A DNA stretch of 64,000 bases, from contig JAQGDQ010001055.1 in the NCBI GenBank assembly GCA_030141605.1, positions 3,209-67,208 on the forward strand, read 5' to 3'. Made by a program: the position numbers and the translations under genes. Of this stretch, positions 23,001 through 35,800 are shown one piece after another (the first letter of the stretch is position 1; every line of letters begins with the position of its first letter). Under the pieces are notes generated by a model. That model saw nothing but the letters and a program-made list of their open reading frames with translations, was not told the DNA's origin and did no database searches. This DNA comes from Tubiluchus corallicola. Taxonomy: Eukaryota > Animalia > Priapulida.

Positions 23001-26000
23001 ATGCCAGATGTTTTTGAGTCAATTAATGAACTGACTGTATTATCAGCAAATCAAATTCACGGTGCCTATACTGTATTTCAAATACGTTAACATTATAAAA
23101 CAGAAAAAGTACACCACTAATAAGAATTAATCCAGCATGAGGCCCAAATACTACTCAAAACTGTACGTGTTCCAAGCCCATTACCTGCATGTATGGAAGT
23201 TGCTGGAGGAACAGTCACCGGTTTGGGGGGCTTTGGTGGTGGGACAGGCGGCACTGGTCGCCCCGGGTCTTTAACTCCATTTGTTTTGCTGTAAGGTTCA
23301 AAAGCACTTCTTCTGGGCTGGGATGCAGTTGTTGAGTTGACTGAAGGCGAATCTGAGGTAACAGGAGGCTGAAAATATTAGACCACAAAGTTAAACTAAC
23401 AGGCCAAATTAATACTTTTTAATATTTTAAATACTGAATAGTAAAGTAAGTAAGTAAGTATCTTTATTTGTCACCTTTTTACAGAAAAAACCCAGTGCAT
23501 AAAACAATATGATACAACGTAACAGAATTATTATGATGATTAGTATATTCAAGATATGGTTTTAAACTGACTGGCGAAAGGGTAGCGAAGAACTAAATGT
23601 TAATAAGGTCAACCACTCTGAAGTAGCTGATTTTATAAAAAATACCACAGTTGCTACCATTTGAACTTTTCCACACTATGATATATTGACAAACCCACCT
23701 TGTTAGGTTCTGTCTCACTGCCTGATGATACCTCCTTGGTGGCATTTGGTTTGGCTTCCTTACTTGGTGGTGTTTTAATCTCTTTGATGGGTCGGACATC
23801 TTTGTTTGGAGTAGGTTTCGCATAAACATCTCCAAGTCTTGGTTGTGTTGGTATTGCTTCGCTAGATGCCGTAGTGCTAGTGGAGGTGGTACTTGTCGAA
23901 TTAGTTGCGCTAGTTGTCGCTGTAGTCACTGGTGTCTCTTTTTTCAGCAACTGGTTGTAAGCCTCTAGAGGTCCCTGGTATGAACGAGTCATGGCTTCTA
24001 ATGGAAGGTTTTCCCTAATGACATCATTTTCCTGGTCCTTCTGTGGCCGAGTCGGTATTCGATACCTAGGCGGGATACCAGCTGCACGTTCTGCGCTACC
24101 AGGACGGCCATCAGCAGCTCCATCTTTAGAGCTAGTAAGTATACCATATCGATTTCTGTAATAAGAAGGGCTATGATACTTAGGGGGTTCAGGATACCGA
24201 GGCGTGTCCTGACTTGGCTCATCGCTGGTTGGCAGACCTTTTCCATCAGGGTCCTTTTGTGGAGTTCCTCTCAACACCTGATATTTCGGTCTACTGGGAC
24301 TTTCAGAATTAGATAATTTCCTAGCTGGAGATGTTTGCGTAGCATGTTCAGCACCAACTGCCGTGCGTTTATCACGGTCAGAATATCGGAAGCGGGATGA
24401 CATCTCGGTAAGTTTCGCTTTGTCTACACTAACGGGTTTCACAGGAATTGCAGTACTGCGTGTGTATCGATATGGATCGTGGGATCCACCATCTTTTCCA
24501 TCAGGTGACAGTTTTTCCGCATCGGTACGTGAAGCGCTGCTGTACATGTGCTGTGATTTCAAGTCGTCGTGTGCATTGACAGGATGCTGGTGTAGATATT
24601 TGCTGAGATTCTCTCTGAAATCTGCTCCTTGTTCTCGCTCTGGCTGATCAAGCTTCTGTGGTGACACCTGTAGTTGATCCCCAGAATCAGTTGGATACCT
24701 AGAAACAAAGCATTTTGATTTTTTAGATAAGACAGATAAGCTATTTTAAATAAACTAAAGATTGTTCTTCGTTTATTAAGAGACACAGTCAGGTGAACAA
24801 AAACCCATTACTATGTCCCGACTTATATACTTCATTTGAAAAATCAGCTTATAATAGTAGTGAAAGAAATCACTAACACTTAGAGGAGCAACCTATACTT
24901 GTTTTACTATTATTCTCCAAAAACTTTCAGCAAGTGACGCCATCATAAAGGAACAGAAATAGCCAACTACGATTCAAGAAAACATCAAAAAATAAAAAAA
25001 TGGTGGTGTAAGTCAAGCAAAAATAAATTATTTTACAGTGAATAAATCCAGGAATTGACCGAACAATTATATATATATATATATATATATATAATACCTT
25101 TGACTTGCATCCGCTGTTACTCCATACATCCAGTTCTGTGGGATCCGACGATCTGGCTTATTGCCCCTGTCAATTATCGGGATAAGCGGCTGCCCATTTC
25201 CACCTATCCGTTGCAGATATCCACTGTGTACCACAGCATCTTGACTAGGTCTGCTGTGTTTATGTCTACCGTGTGACAGTGTTGCGTAGGCCTCAACGGA
25301 CGTATGAACCGGACGCTGATCCCCATAATATGAAGAGTAATACCTCTCTTCTCCAGGTACCGGCATAACAGGTACAGCTCCGTGTTGCCTTCGCTCATTC
25401 TCATAGAACCTGCTCTTACTTTGATCCATAGCATCTTCTGGTGGAATGTTGTATCCAGGTGCTTCGTTTACATTCGTGTCTGAAGAAGCTCTGGATATTT
25501 TCGGCTGCGAAGTCCGAAAAGAGTCCCATATCGACGGCCGCATTCCGGAGCCTTCCGTATCTGAGCCAATGTCCATGTCGCTTTCTGCGCCACCGGAAGT
25601 GTAGCTCATGCGCGATGTCATCGGAAACAGGAAATAATCATCCAAATTATCCTCCAGTTTTACGTCGGACATCCATATGGGCTGCTCTTGCTGACGGTCA
25701 ATCGTGTCCAGCAACTTCTGATACCAGAGGTCGTTGTTGGTCAACTGCACAGTGGCAGTGAAAAGGTGTGAATACATCTTTTCCAGTTTTAATCCGGTTT
25801 CAAACAGCTTTCGCGAACTCTTAGCGGCCGACTTGTTGTGTTTCATTCGCAACGCCTTCACTTGATTTTTGCTGTCGGCACGAGTGAAAATGACTATAGG
25901 ATAATACTGAGCATAGTTAAGACGATCCACAGCATTCGGTGTAATATCAACCACAGCATGTTTTGCTGTCTCTATAATTTCGCGTATTGCTCCTAATCGA

Positions 26001-29000
26001 ACAATGCCGGCTTTCAAACTGACCTTGCCATCGTGGCCTTCGCTCACTTCCACTTGAGGCGACTCAAACTTGTCTGGCATTTCACTGAGAAGCCGATCGC
26101 GAACTACATCAGCCACTGGTCCAAAGATGACCACCGGCCGTACAAATCCAGGATACTTCCACTTAATCTTTTCGTATGCCGGAAACTTGGAGCCAGAGTT
26201 TGAAAATACGATTTCATCCCAATGATCGCGATTCAAAGATTTAGACCTAAAAATAAGGAAACATTTAACATACATCACCACATTTTTCAACAAAATTTCC
26301 TGCATTATATACAAATCCCTTTAACTCATTTTAATTGAAAATCCGTCTTACTGCTACAGAAGTCCTGACGATAAAAAGAAATCTGAAATTATGCAAAACT
26401 TTCATGATCACGACAAGAAAAAATTGGATCATGACGAAAATCAACCTGCTAAAATGTTACAGCTAGTGTGGACCCAATGCCTTAGAATTTGATGAACAGA
26501 TTTCAATTTTTAAGAAATCAACATAGTGTAATTACACATTGCTCAAACTTAACCGAAATGCTAGTCCATTGAAATAGCTAAAATAATAGTCAAAATTAGT
26601 ATGTACATTTGTCTTTGGCTGACAGCCAACATGTTGCCTCATTTGCTGCAAGTCGTTTTGAAAATCTGTAACATGATACTAAGCTTGACAGGACAAGCCA
26701 AAGGGTACCTGAAGTAGGTTTCAGAAAAATCGCCTAAAAAATTATATTACTTTATAGCAATTTTATGAGTATATCGTACTCGGGTTCAGAGATTTTCTGT
26801 TTGTTTTCATTTTAAATCTCCGGTGAAACTTCTGAAGTCACTATGGAAATGTAAATCAGGGGAGAAAAGAAAATGTTAAAATATTTCCCAAAAAAACTTT
26901 CCATGCAAGGTTATTGTATTTATCATTTTGCTTACCTGCTTGAAAGACTTATGTAATTAAAAAAGAAATTATTAATTATTTAAAATGCTTTCACCAATTG
27001 ATAAAATGTCGCTGACTCACCCTCCAGTGTTCATCACTCACTAACCAAAAACGTATTCTTAATCTTATTGACGAAATACAGTAATTTAGAATTTTACTTA
27101 GTTAGTGACTTGTGCACTACGAATGCTCTGATTATCTTTTCAAACTTTACACAGTGTTATCTAAACTTGTTTTGAATAACCTGTCGTCAAAATGGCTGCG
27201 TTTAACGGTCATCGCGGGAGTTTAAATTTACATGTTTTGTCCAGCATTACTGCTGGTGCAAGTCTGGCATGAAAAAAGGTAGTATGCAAGTAGTATAAAA
27301 TTTCAAGACGAATTTTCTAAGCTATATGTAAGTAGAAGGTTTGCTTGTGCTTTACCACTAGTTATATCTATCTACTAACATTTGCAGCTTGCTTTACAGT
27401 TTGACGACTTGCTACTACATTTTGATAAACTGAAGTTTTGTAAAAGATTAAAACACTTCATTCGCTACTTGACTAAAGTTAATGAAGATTAGTGTACTTA
27501 TTAGTAAGTGACAAAGAGATAATCACAGATTAAGGTAAAGAAACACATAGTGTAATAGAAGACTGTACTGTGAAAATGTACTTAGACATACCGTCGTGCA
27601 CTTTTTCTTCGGAAGAAAGTTCCTCTTCCAGAGTTTTTTGAACCACTCCTCCCTTCTCTATTACCAGCTGCCAGGGCTAGCTGCTCTGCACGACTTTTGT
27701 TGGGAATTATTCCTGACTGAGTTTCTTGATTATTTCTTCCTATTCTGGCTGCTTCCCAGGCTCCAACAACTCCGTTATGAAGAGTATCTTTGATATGGAA
27801 GATGTCTCCAACACGGAAACTAAGCTCTCCTACAAAGACGGTCAGAAATTATTCTACAACTAAAATAAGCCTACATACGAGTAAGTGATAAACCAGTAAC
27901 ATTTAGCCAAATGGTAAACATGGTATCAGTGCAAGTATTAAAAGTTTCTGGTATCTCATTAATATTAAACCTACATATACACACTTCTTAAGTTCATTTA
28001 GCCATTTCCTTTCAGACTTTCACATTAATACATAATGCAGACATACATCAGTGAATAATGACAAAGGCGAACTACCATAGGACAATATTTCAAAACTTCA
28101 TAGCACATGCAGATGTATATCTATTGCATTATACAGATTGATTCATAAAGCATTTAAGTTACACACAATATTATGGCGCGTTCAGACTAGCAAGTTTTCT
28201 GTCACGAGGTTTCTCTCTGATAGCAAACTCACAAGTGTGAGCTGCTTCACGAGTTACTGTCAGCAAATTATTACAAATTCTCCAACAGTTGCCATGAACG
28301 TTTCGGAGAGTAACTCTCAACATTTCTTGCAACGTATAGAGAAAGGAACGTCAGTTCATGTTTATTGCCAGAGAGCAACTCGCAGCAAGTTTTGCTCTCT
28401 AATCTGAACACAATTACGAGTTACTGGCAATTTACTTGGCTAGTTTACTTGACAAGAAAATGCGCTAGTCAGAACTCGTCGTAAGACACTAGGGACACAT
28501 TTAAGTATCATATTCACCAATAGAAGCTAATTCTAAAAGTAAAAATGCCATAATTTATTAAAAAAATTTTACGACTTTCTGTCCTGAAGAGAGTATTTGA
28601 GTAGCATAAGTACGACAATCAAAGAACATAAAAATTTCCTTATTTATTGAAGTACGCTACCTTTGTCTCCCTCGTAGTTAAAATGTGTACGTATGTAGAA
28701 GCTGTCACGTAGCTGAGTAGCCACAATTCTCTCGTACTCATCACGTCGGTACTGGACAATAAGATCGATTTGGTCCTGCACTTGTAAGCTCAAGAGAAAC
28801 ATGACCGCATCTTCGCGAGTCACATTTTCCATAGAGCGGTCATTTACCTACATGAAACACAAGCCCTTAGACAATGACGTAGCATGGGGTGTGCAGATGG
28901 CATGTCTTTCGGGAGAGGAATGCCAATTTTAACCAAAGTACGGGACAAACAAATCGGTCAAAACTAATGCACTTAGAACAACCAATGTGCAATTATCTCC

Positions 29001-31782
29001 TCAGTAATAAGAAAAATGAAATATTACCTGGTTTTATTTTAAAGCTTTAGCCCTAATTAGATCTATATGATTATTTCAACAATATCTAACAAAAGAAAAA
29101 ACCATTCATACTCTGCAGAACAACCATTAAACAAAAGGCTAAGAAACTGGAAACAAAATGTCATTTTAAAGCCTTCCCAAACAGAGATTTAATGAGGACG
29201 AGATTTGATTTTAAAAATCACATAATATTATTTGGCTTCCTATAATCCTGAAAAATCCACAATTTTAAAACTTTAAGCATGTTTTTGGTGTACTACATTA
29301 AAGATCAAGTCATTTTTGTACTTAATTCTGCAAAATTTACTTTTATCAAGACGATTGTAATAAACTGAAATTTTCTCAACTTTTAGTCCTCTTTGAGTTA
29401 TTATATCATTCACAGTGAACTGAAAGTTAATTTCAAGCACACATTAAGACTTAGGTGAACCACAGACTCTTCAAAGCAGATGCACTTATTTTAATAAGCA
29501 AATACACATATAAAAATTAAAAATTCAATTACCTTTAAAATTTTGTCACCAGGTCTAAGGCCTGCAAGAGCTGCAGGAGACCGAGGCTGTACAGCTGCTA
29601 CAAATATCCCGACCTCATTCCCGCCAGTCAGTCTAATTCCCACATTGCCTTCCTTCCTAAAAGACACAAACCTGGGATCCGGAGGCATCCTGTGTGCGAC
29701 ATTGCTATAATACCCTTCCATGACTACAGGCGCAGGAGCATTGGGTGTAATAACACGAGCATGGGGTAACGGAACCATATGTCCATTTGGGGTGTGACCA
29801 GAAGACGGTAGATGCACGCGAGGCTCAGTGCTCTCTTCCTCTGATGACCGAACTTGTTGAGGGCTGACACCTCCTCCATCTAATGCAGGTGCTGAAGACT
29901 CATACACTGGGTTGCGATTACGACTAGGTAGCCTTTGAAGGGTATCGATGTTACTCGACTTAGGAGGAGTACTTTGCGGTAGCGGCAATCGTCCGTAACC
30001 ATAATCGCTGGGAGGTAACGGCGCCCCAACCGAACCAGCACCCAGCGAAGCACGACTGCGTGAACGTCCCCTGTGTACACTACGAGATATCAACAGATTT
30101 AACTTATCTTTAGTTTTATCAACTGCTTTCTGAGCATCGGTCAGCGATAATGTGTCAACGGACGTGCCGTTAATTTTCACGATATAATCACCTTCTTTCA
30201 CAGAACCTTCATTAGCTGCCACACTATCACCTATAATTTCTTTAACATACACCTTGCAACCTAACACAATTCCAAACTCGTCCTTTTTCTTAGACTTCGA
30301 CAAAGTTATCTTGCGCACGAGCTGTTCAAGATCGCCAACTGGTGGCAAAACTTTTCGCTTTATCGTCAGTGACACAGTATTGCCACTTTCCATCAGCACA
30401 CGTATAGCCGTAGTATTATCTATGTTCTCCAGCATCACACCATTAGCACTGATAATGCGATCATTAATTTGCAACTTGCCTTCAGCTGGACCGGCATGCA
30501 AAACGTCGGATATTGCAATTGAAGGATCGCCACTAGCGAAATGTGGATTATCAGTTCCACCACTCACAGCAATTCCGAATCCGAACCCCGGTACGCGTGT
30601 CAGTGTCACATTATGCACCTCCCAGTAAAACCGATCTCCCAGTTCGTCAATTTCATAGCTAACAGGCCTGTAAAATCAAACAATAACAGCATAAAAACAG
30701 TACAATATATAAAAGCTAAAAACCTAGCTGTGAATTTATAATTATGTGTTATATGATTAATGCAAGACAATTTATTAAACCAATTTAATAGACAAGGTAT
30801 TGCATATGTTTTGTCAGTTTTTATGGGCAGAAAACAGAAAACAATATAATTATTGGAGGCTAAAACTGCATTTTGTCTGTCGTTAATTTTTGCCAAAAAC
30901 GTTAAGAAGTAAACCTAAGCGTTAGTCATCGTTAATTCAAAAAATGAAGTACAAACTCCTTACCCATCCTTCCATGAGCCGGTTCCGGATTCTTCGCACT
31001 GGCTTCTGTTATCTTTTGCCCAGTAACCTCTTGCTGAGCCATCATTAAAAGACCTACGAAAGAAATTAACCTGATCAATATAAAATATTACTAGAGCAGA
31101 CAAACTTCAAAAAACATAACAAAAACGATTAATATTACTGAATAACATTTTATGCAAATTACAGTAACATATTTAATACTTTGTTGTTGGGAAAATTTGT
31201 TTATAATTGTATAGCCAAGAGGAATTTAAAAGACTGTAAAAATGTACAAAATAATAAGCTACATTTAAGTAAACAAACTTTATGGAACCTTAAGAATGCA
31301 ATATAGTGTAGGAAGCACACTGTACTTTCTCTTGCATTGAAACATTACAACGTATCTCATTTTTTACACTTAAAGACAGATGTTTGCCCAACATACTACT
31401 ACATAACAGTGCATGACCGTAGCACATTTTTTAAAGTAGCACAGCTTGGTTTCTAGTTTGAACTTAAAACTTTTTATCCTTGAAAAACAAAATTAAGAGC
31501 CCTATTTATAAACAACATAAATAGAGTAAATGTTAATTACATAATAATAAAAACAAACCTGGATCGATTAATATCTGCCATGTTATTACTAAATTTTGGT
31601 GACCCAGCAGCAGACAGGACTGACTCAATGGTCGTGGCATTGACTGGAGAGTATTGTTGTTGTTGCTGTTGCTGCTGCGGTGGTGCACCACTGTCATAGG
31701 TAAAAGATGCATTTCCAGATTCCGATTCTGGCGGCAAGGAATTGATGCCTGGCATGCTACCGTCTTGGTTTGGCAGTGACAT
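20064..31782 (-). CDS. TJP1: Tight junction protein ZO-1 / polychaetoid orthologue, ~1553 aa; complement(join(20064..20288,20566..20675,21259..21378,23185..23368,23699..24698,25098..26246,27592..27829,28661..28847,29533..30667,30964..31053,31559..31782))
   Basis: Ten GT-AG introns with consistent phases (4662 nt total). Domains in order: PDZ1 ([11 protein letters not shown]), PDZ2 (EFGIVLG), PDZ3 ([15 protein letters not shown]), SH3 ([36 protein letters not shown]), GuK ([24 protein letters not shown]), a Pro/Ser-rich region, ZU5 ([29 protein letters not shown]) and C-terminus VLVDHF. Confidence 0.95.
28175..28480. mobile_element. PIF/Harbinger(Tourist)-like MITE, copy 2 (ZO-1 intron)
   Basis: Ends GGCGCGTTCAGACTAG ... 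CTAGTCAGAACTCGTC. Internal blocks (AGCAAACTCACAAGTGTGA, CAAGTTTTGCTCTCTA) are reverse complements of blocks in 13188-13506. Confidence 0.65.
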
Positions 31783-31789
31783 CTTTTGG

Positions 31790-31810
31790 TCACAATTCAA
31801 GCAACTTCAT
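31790..31810 (-). promoter_or_regulatory. uORF (MKLLEL*) in ZO-1 5'UTR
   Basis: gaaaATG AAG TTG CTT GAA TTG TGA lies inside the exon whose acceptor is at 31832-34, and ends 7 nt before the main ATG at 31782. Confidence 0.6.
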
Positions 31811-32689
31811 TTTCAACAAGCCGATAACACCCTGTAATTGCAAAAATAAAAGTTTAAAATACTTCACGTCACGCAAGCCTATGTTATTATTTCAGTTAGA
31901 CATTGACAACATACAGACACTAATAATGATTTATTTTCTCTTTTCTTAAGTAAACACAAAAGTACAGATTTTTACACGTTTGAAAAGCAAACATTTTTGG
32001 ACTAATGTCACATGGCTGGGCACCAAATAAATACAGTAAAGTAAATTTATTGATATTACGAAGCATTTAAACAACAAGCGAGAATATTTATTGCTCCATA
32101 ATACAATGACTCCTGTACAACAGTAGACCATTATACATCTGCAGTCATCCAATACTTTTAATTTTACAGAGCAGGTAATAAGATTTCACGGAAGATCTTA
32201 AAATTTAAATAATTTCTCTCCCATTGACACTTTACACGTTGATATTTTGTCATTGAAAAGCCGTGAACAATTTTGTACAAAAAGTTCATCAAAACTTCAG
32301 CCCGAAGGTTACACTGGAGACCCACGACTACCAACCACCCCTCGGTTTGTCAGAGTTCACTGGTCCAAGATGGTCGCCTGACTGCCTGGACGCGTTGGAG
32401 ATGCGATTTATTATTCAAAATAACAAGTTTTTAAGAGTAAAGTACACGCTGCCTGACGCTGTGCCTGCAGGCGTTAAGGGGCCATTTGGTTTACTATAGT
32501 AGTAGTACTCCTGCACGCTGAGTTCTCAGCCAGTGCGCACAACAACTGTTTTTGAACTTACAAACGGCTGAAAAAGTCGAGATACTGAAAACGCTTACTA
32601 AGATGCTACCTTAATTTTATGTTTCTTTTAATGATAGTTTTGAATATAGTTACTACCTGATTATTATTTTATTATGTTATAGAATCATA

Positions 32690-32838
32690 AAAGCAGTTGT
32701 TGTAATGAAATTGCATGAATGATATGCATACGTCTGTATATATGTATATATTTGCAAATAACCGAGGGGCTCCTTGGAAAGCAGTCCTAAGCACTGAAGG
32801 AGCTACCCTCATAAAAGATTACTATAATAAATAAATAC
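32690..32838 (+). mobile_element. LINE/SINE 3' tail (L2/Crack-like stem-loop)
   Basis: Nested hairpin GAGGG-GCTCCTT..CAGT..ACTG-AAGGAGC..CCCTC followed by an AATAAATAAA tail. Confidence 0.5.
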
Positions 32839-35800
32839 ACCACATAGAGCTAACACAGATCTGGGAGCGCTTTAATTCGTCATTAAGCAGACAAAATTGT
32901 TCTTGCTAGAAACAAGTTTACGAAAAACTTGAAGACTGATAAATGATTTCACACTTCGCATAATCTTAAAAAAGGTACAGAAATGATTATGGAGAAATAT
33001 CTACCATCATTCCTTTTAGTTACTGCATAGCAACCTCTTGGACAGCGAAGTACAAACGACCAAAATATTTAATGTTAACCCCATTAATCTTTCTATCTGT
33101 TGTCATGGCTCATGAAAAATTAACAGGTAAAAAGAGAAAACGTGTCTAAAGGCAGACCTTCCTACCTTCGTCTGTAATGACGATAGTAATGACAAAAACG
33201 ACGACAACGATAATAGACCAGAAAACTAAGAATGTCCATAAGGAAAGGCGATCATGTCAAAAAAATTATTAAACTGAACATGAAAATGACAGAACTGAAG
33301 GATCAGCCTCTTCTTTCAAAATAGACAGTCTAAAATTAAGAGTACTTTAATTGCGAGAACAGTGGAAGGAAATGTAAACGATAAAAAACCTTGAGTATAT
33401 TTTTAAACCAGTCGAGTTTCGTAACATCTTAAGACAATGGTTGATCTACATAAATTGTAGAATGCATCCGTTTGCTTTCTTCGAAATTTTTAAAATCTGG
33501 GTCACAAACTGCGGAAGTTATACTTTGGCTCACAGTTAAAAGCTTTTCAAATCAAACCGACAGTTTTGATCAAATCCAAAAATGCCTTTCTAATGATGAC
33601 AATGACTCCAAGATCATGGTACGCATGAATGAAAAGGCAACAACAGCAAAACAAAACAACACTGACCGTAAAATAGAATAGCAAAGCAGTGCCTTTGTGT
33701 TAGACAAAGAGAACCTGCTCACTGCTTAGCCTTAGATAAACATGATCAAAGGAAATGGAGCCTATTACAGAAGGATATGATGATATGCATTAAATGGTGA
33801 CAATATTACAAACGTAGTTGGTGAACAGCAGTAAATAAGATAGTACTGAAGTCTACAGGAAGCCTACAGTCCGAAACAGTTAAAATATTCCACAACAGAG
33901 AAATCGGGAAAGCAAACAGAAGGTTTGAAAAAAACTGGGTGAAGCAAACAAATTAAGAAAATTTGGTGTCATGTACTCACGCGCCTTACCACCTGTATCC
34001 TACAGCAAGCTCTGCAGAACAGCAGAAAGACTGGATGAGAATTACGATTAGTAAAAAAAAAGACATGGAAGAAAAAATGCAAACGGAATTTCATGATTTT
34101 CATGTAGTTCTATTCAGCTGACTGTAAATTCCTAATTATCTAATAAATGGCTAATTTCACAATAACACACGACAAATGACTGCTGTTATTAATCTTGAGC
34201 TTACACCTCACATTGTACTAAACGATAGGAAACCTCCGAGGATTATGCAGTCATTAACTTTAGGAAAACACGGTGTCAGCCTAAAACATGAAAATCGTTT
34301 GCTCGCATGTGCGTCCATTTGCCAGGTTAAACCCAGTGTCCCCAAGCATTACCAGCAAAGGTTAATTATTTCTTACGCTAAACTGAAAATAAGTGGGCAA
34401 CGTTGGCAAGAACCAGCTCAGGTAAACGCTACCTGTCAGGTGTAAAAGCATAAAATTTCGTGCACGCAAGGGTATATGACCTGACGAGATGCAATAATGC
34501 TCGGGTGCTGCAATGTATACTGTAATTATGATAAAGCTAATATAGTACTGAGAGTACACGGACAAGACTCCTTGCCAGGGATGAGCAAATCGATGGGTCT
34601 TATCCATGTCTCAATGTGCTATAGGATCCAGTGGAAATATCTGAACTATTCACTGATTACGTAAAATATCCTAATTAAATTTTACTGAAACATAAACTAC
34701 CAAATGCACATATTAGTATATAGTTAACACATCCAAAATACTGACCTAATTACTTGGTACTAAAAATTGAAGTACCAAAGTGTTAATTAAGAAATCAAAA
34801 AGAATAAGCTAAGTACATAGTGCTAAAATAAAAATACCAAAGTTACCTAAATACGAAAGCGTTCGAAAACACTGAGTTAATTAGTTACTGAAAAGACTGA
34901 AATCACGAACCACAAGCCATGATCCCATGTGGGATTTATAAATAGTGATGTACATCACAACTCATTACTGGGTTTATGCAGGAAGTAAGCATTTGCATGG
35001 TATCACACCAGCCAATCCACTAATGAAGTCGAAGTGTATTACAAGAGCATCGGCTATCAGTTACCGCCAGGTTTCTGCACTATAACCACCACTAGAAGAA
35101 CTCACGAACTTCAATGTCTAATACAACCCATACGACAAGAAATTCCGTTGCAAACGAACATTTAGTAACTCAGAGAGCCAGCACGCTGAGGGAATCAATA
35201 CGTGCAAATGCAGCCAATATCGTTATCAGACGAAATCATAATCCTCCTCTTGACAACGAGGATGCAGACGCCAGACTAATTTAAACGCAAAATGGAAACG
35301 ACAACGCGGCGAGTAAGTAATACCAAAGAAAAGCAGCAACGGGCAGTTTGCTCTGTAACATCTGCAATGCCAATAAAGAAAACGTTCCACGCTCTCCTTT
35401 TGTCTCCCATCTTCTCATGGGTATTTAGATTTTTCATCTACATAAGTGTTTACAGCTTTATACCTTCCCCCACCTTCTTTACCTTGGAACTCACTACCAA
35501 CATTTTGCACGCCATTTGAATCAAACTACCACTTGGAAAACAACTCAAAAGTTGAAAGCAGCAATATAAACACAATAATCAGGCTTATCGGTGTAAGTAG
35601 AGATTTGGACACAAAACGTCACTTAATTGGACTTACAAGACTTGCAGATGTCTTCAAGAAAGATGGAAGCCAATTAAGTTAGAAAACAGATGATACGGAC
35701 AATCCTAGTGCCATTCAGGAAGTGATTTGGATAATCTGTCCGCCACGTGCCCAGCACATACAAGGATCACGCAGTCAATCCTCGCTGCCCTCGAAAGCAG

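Noticed and set aside
35446-35682. ORF containing PWNSLP
   Set aside because: At most a tiny decayed LINE C-terminal remnant; too short to support a call.
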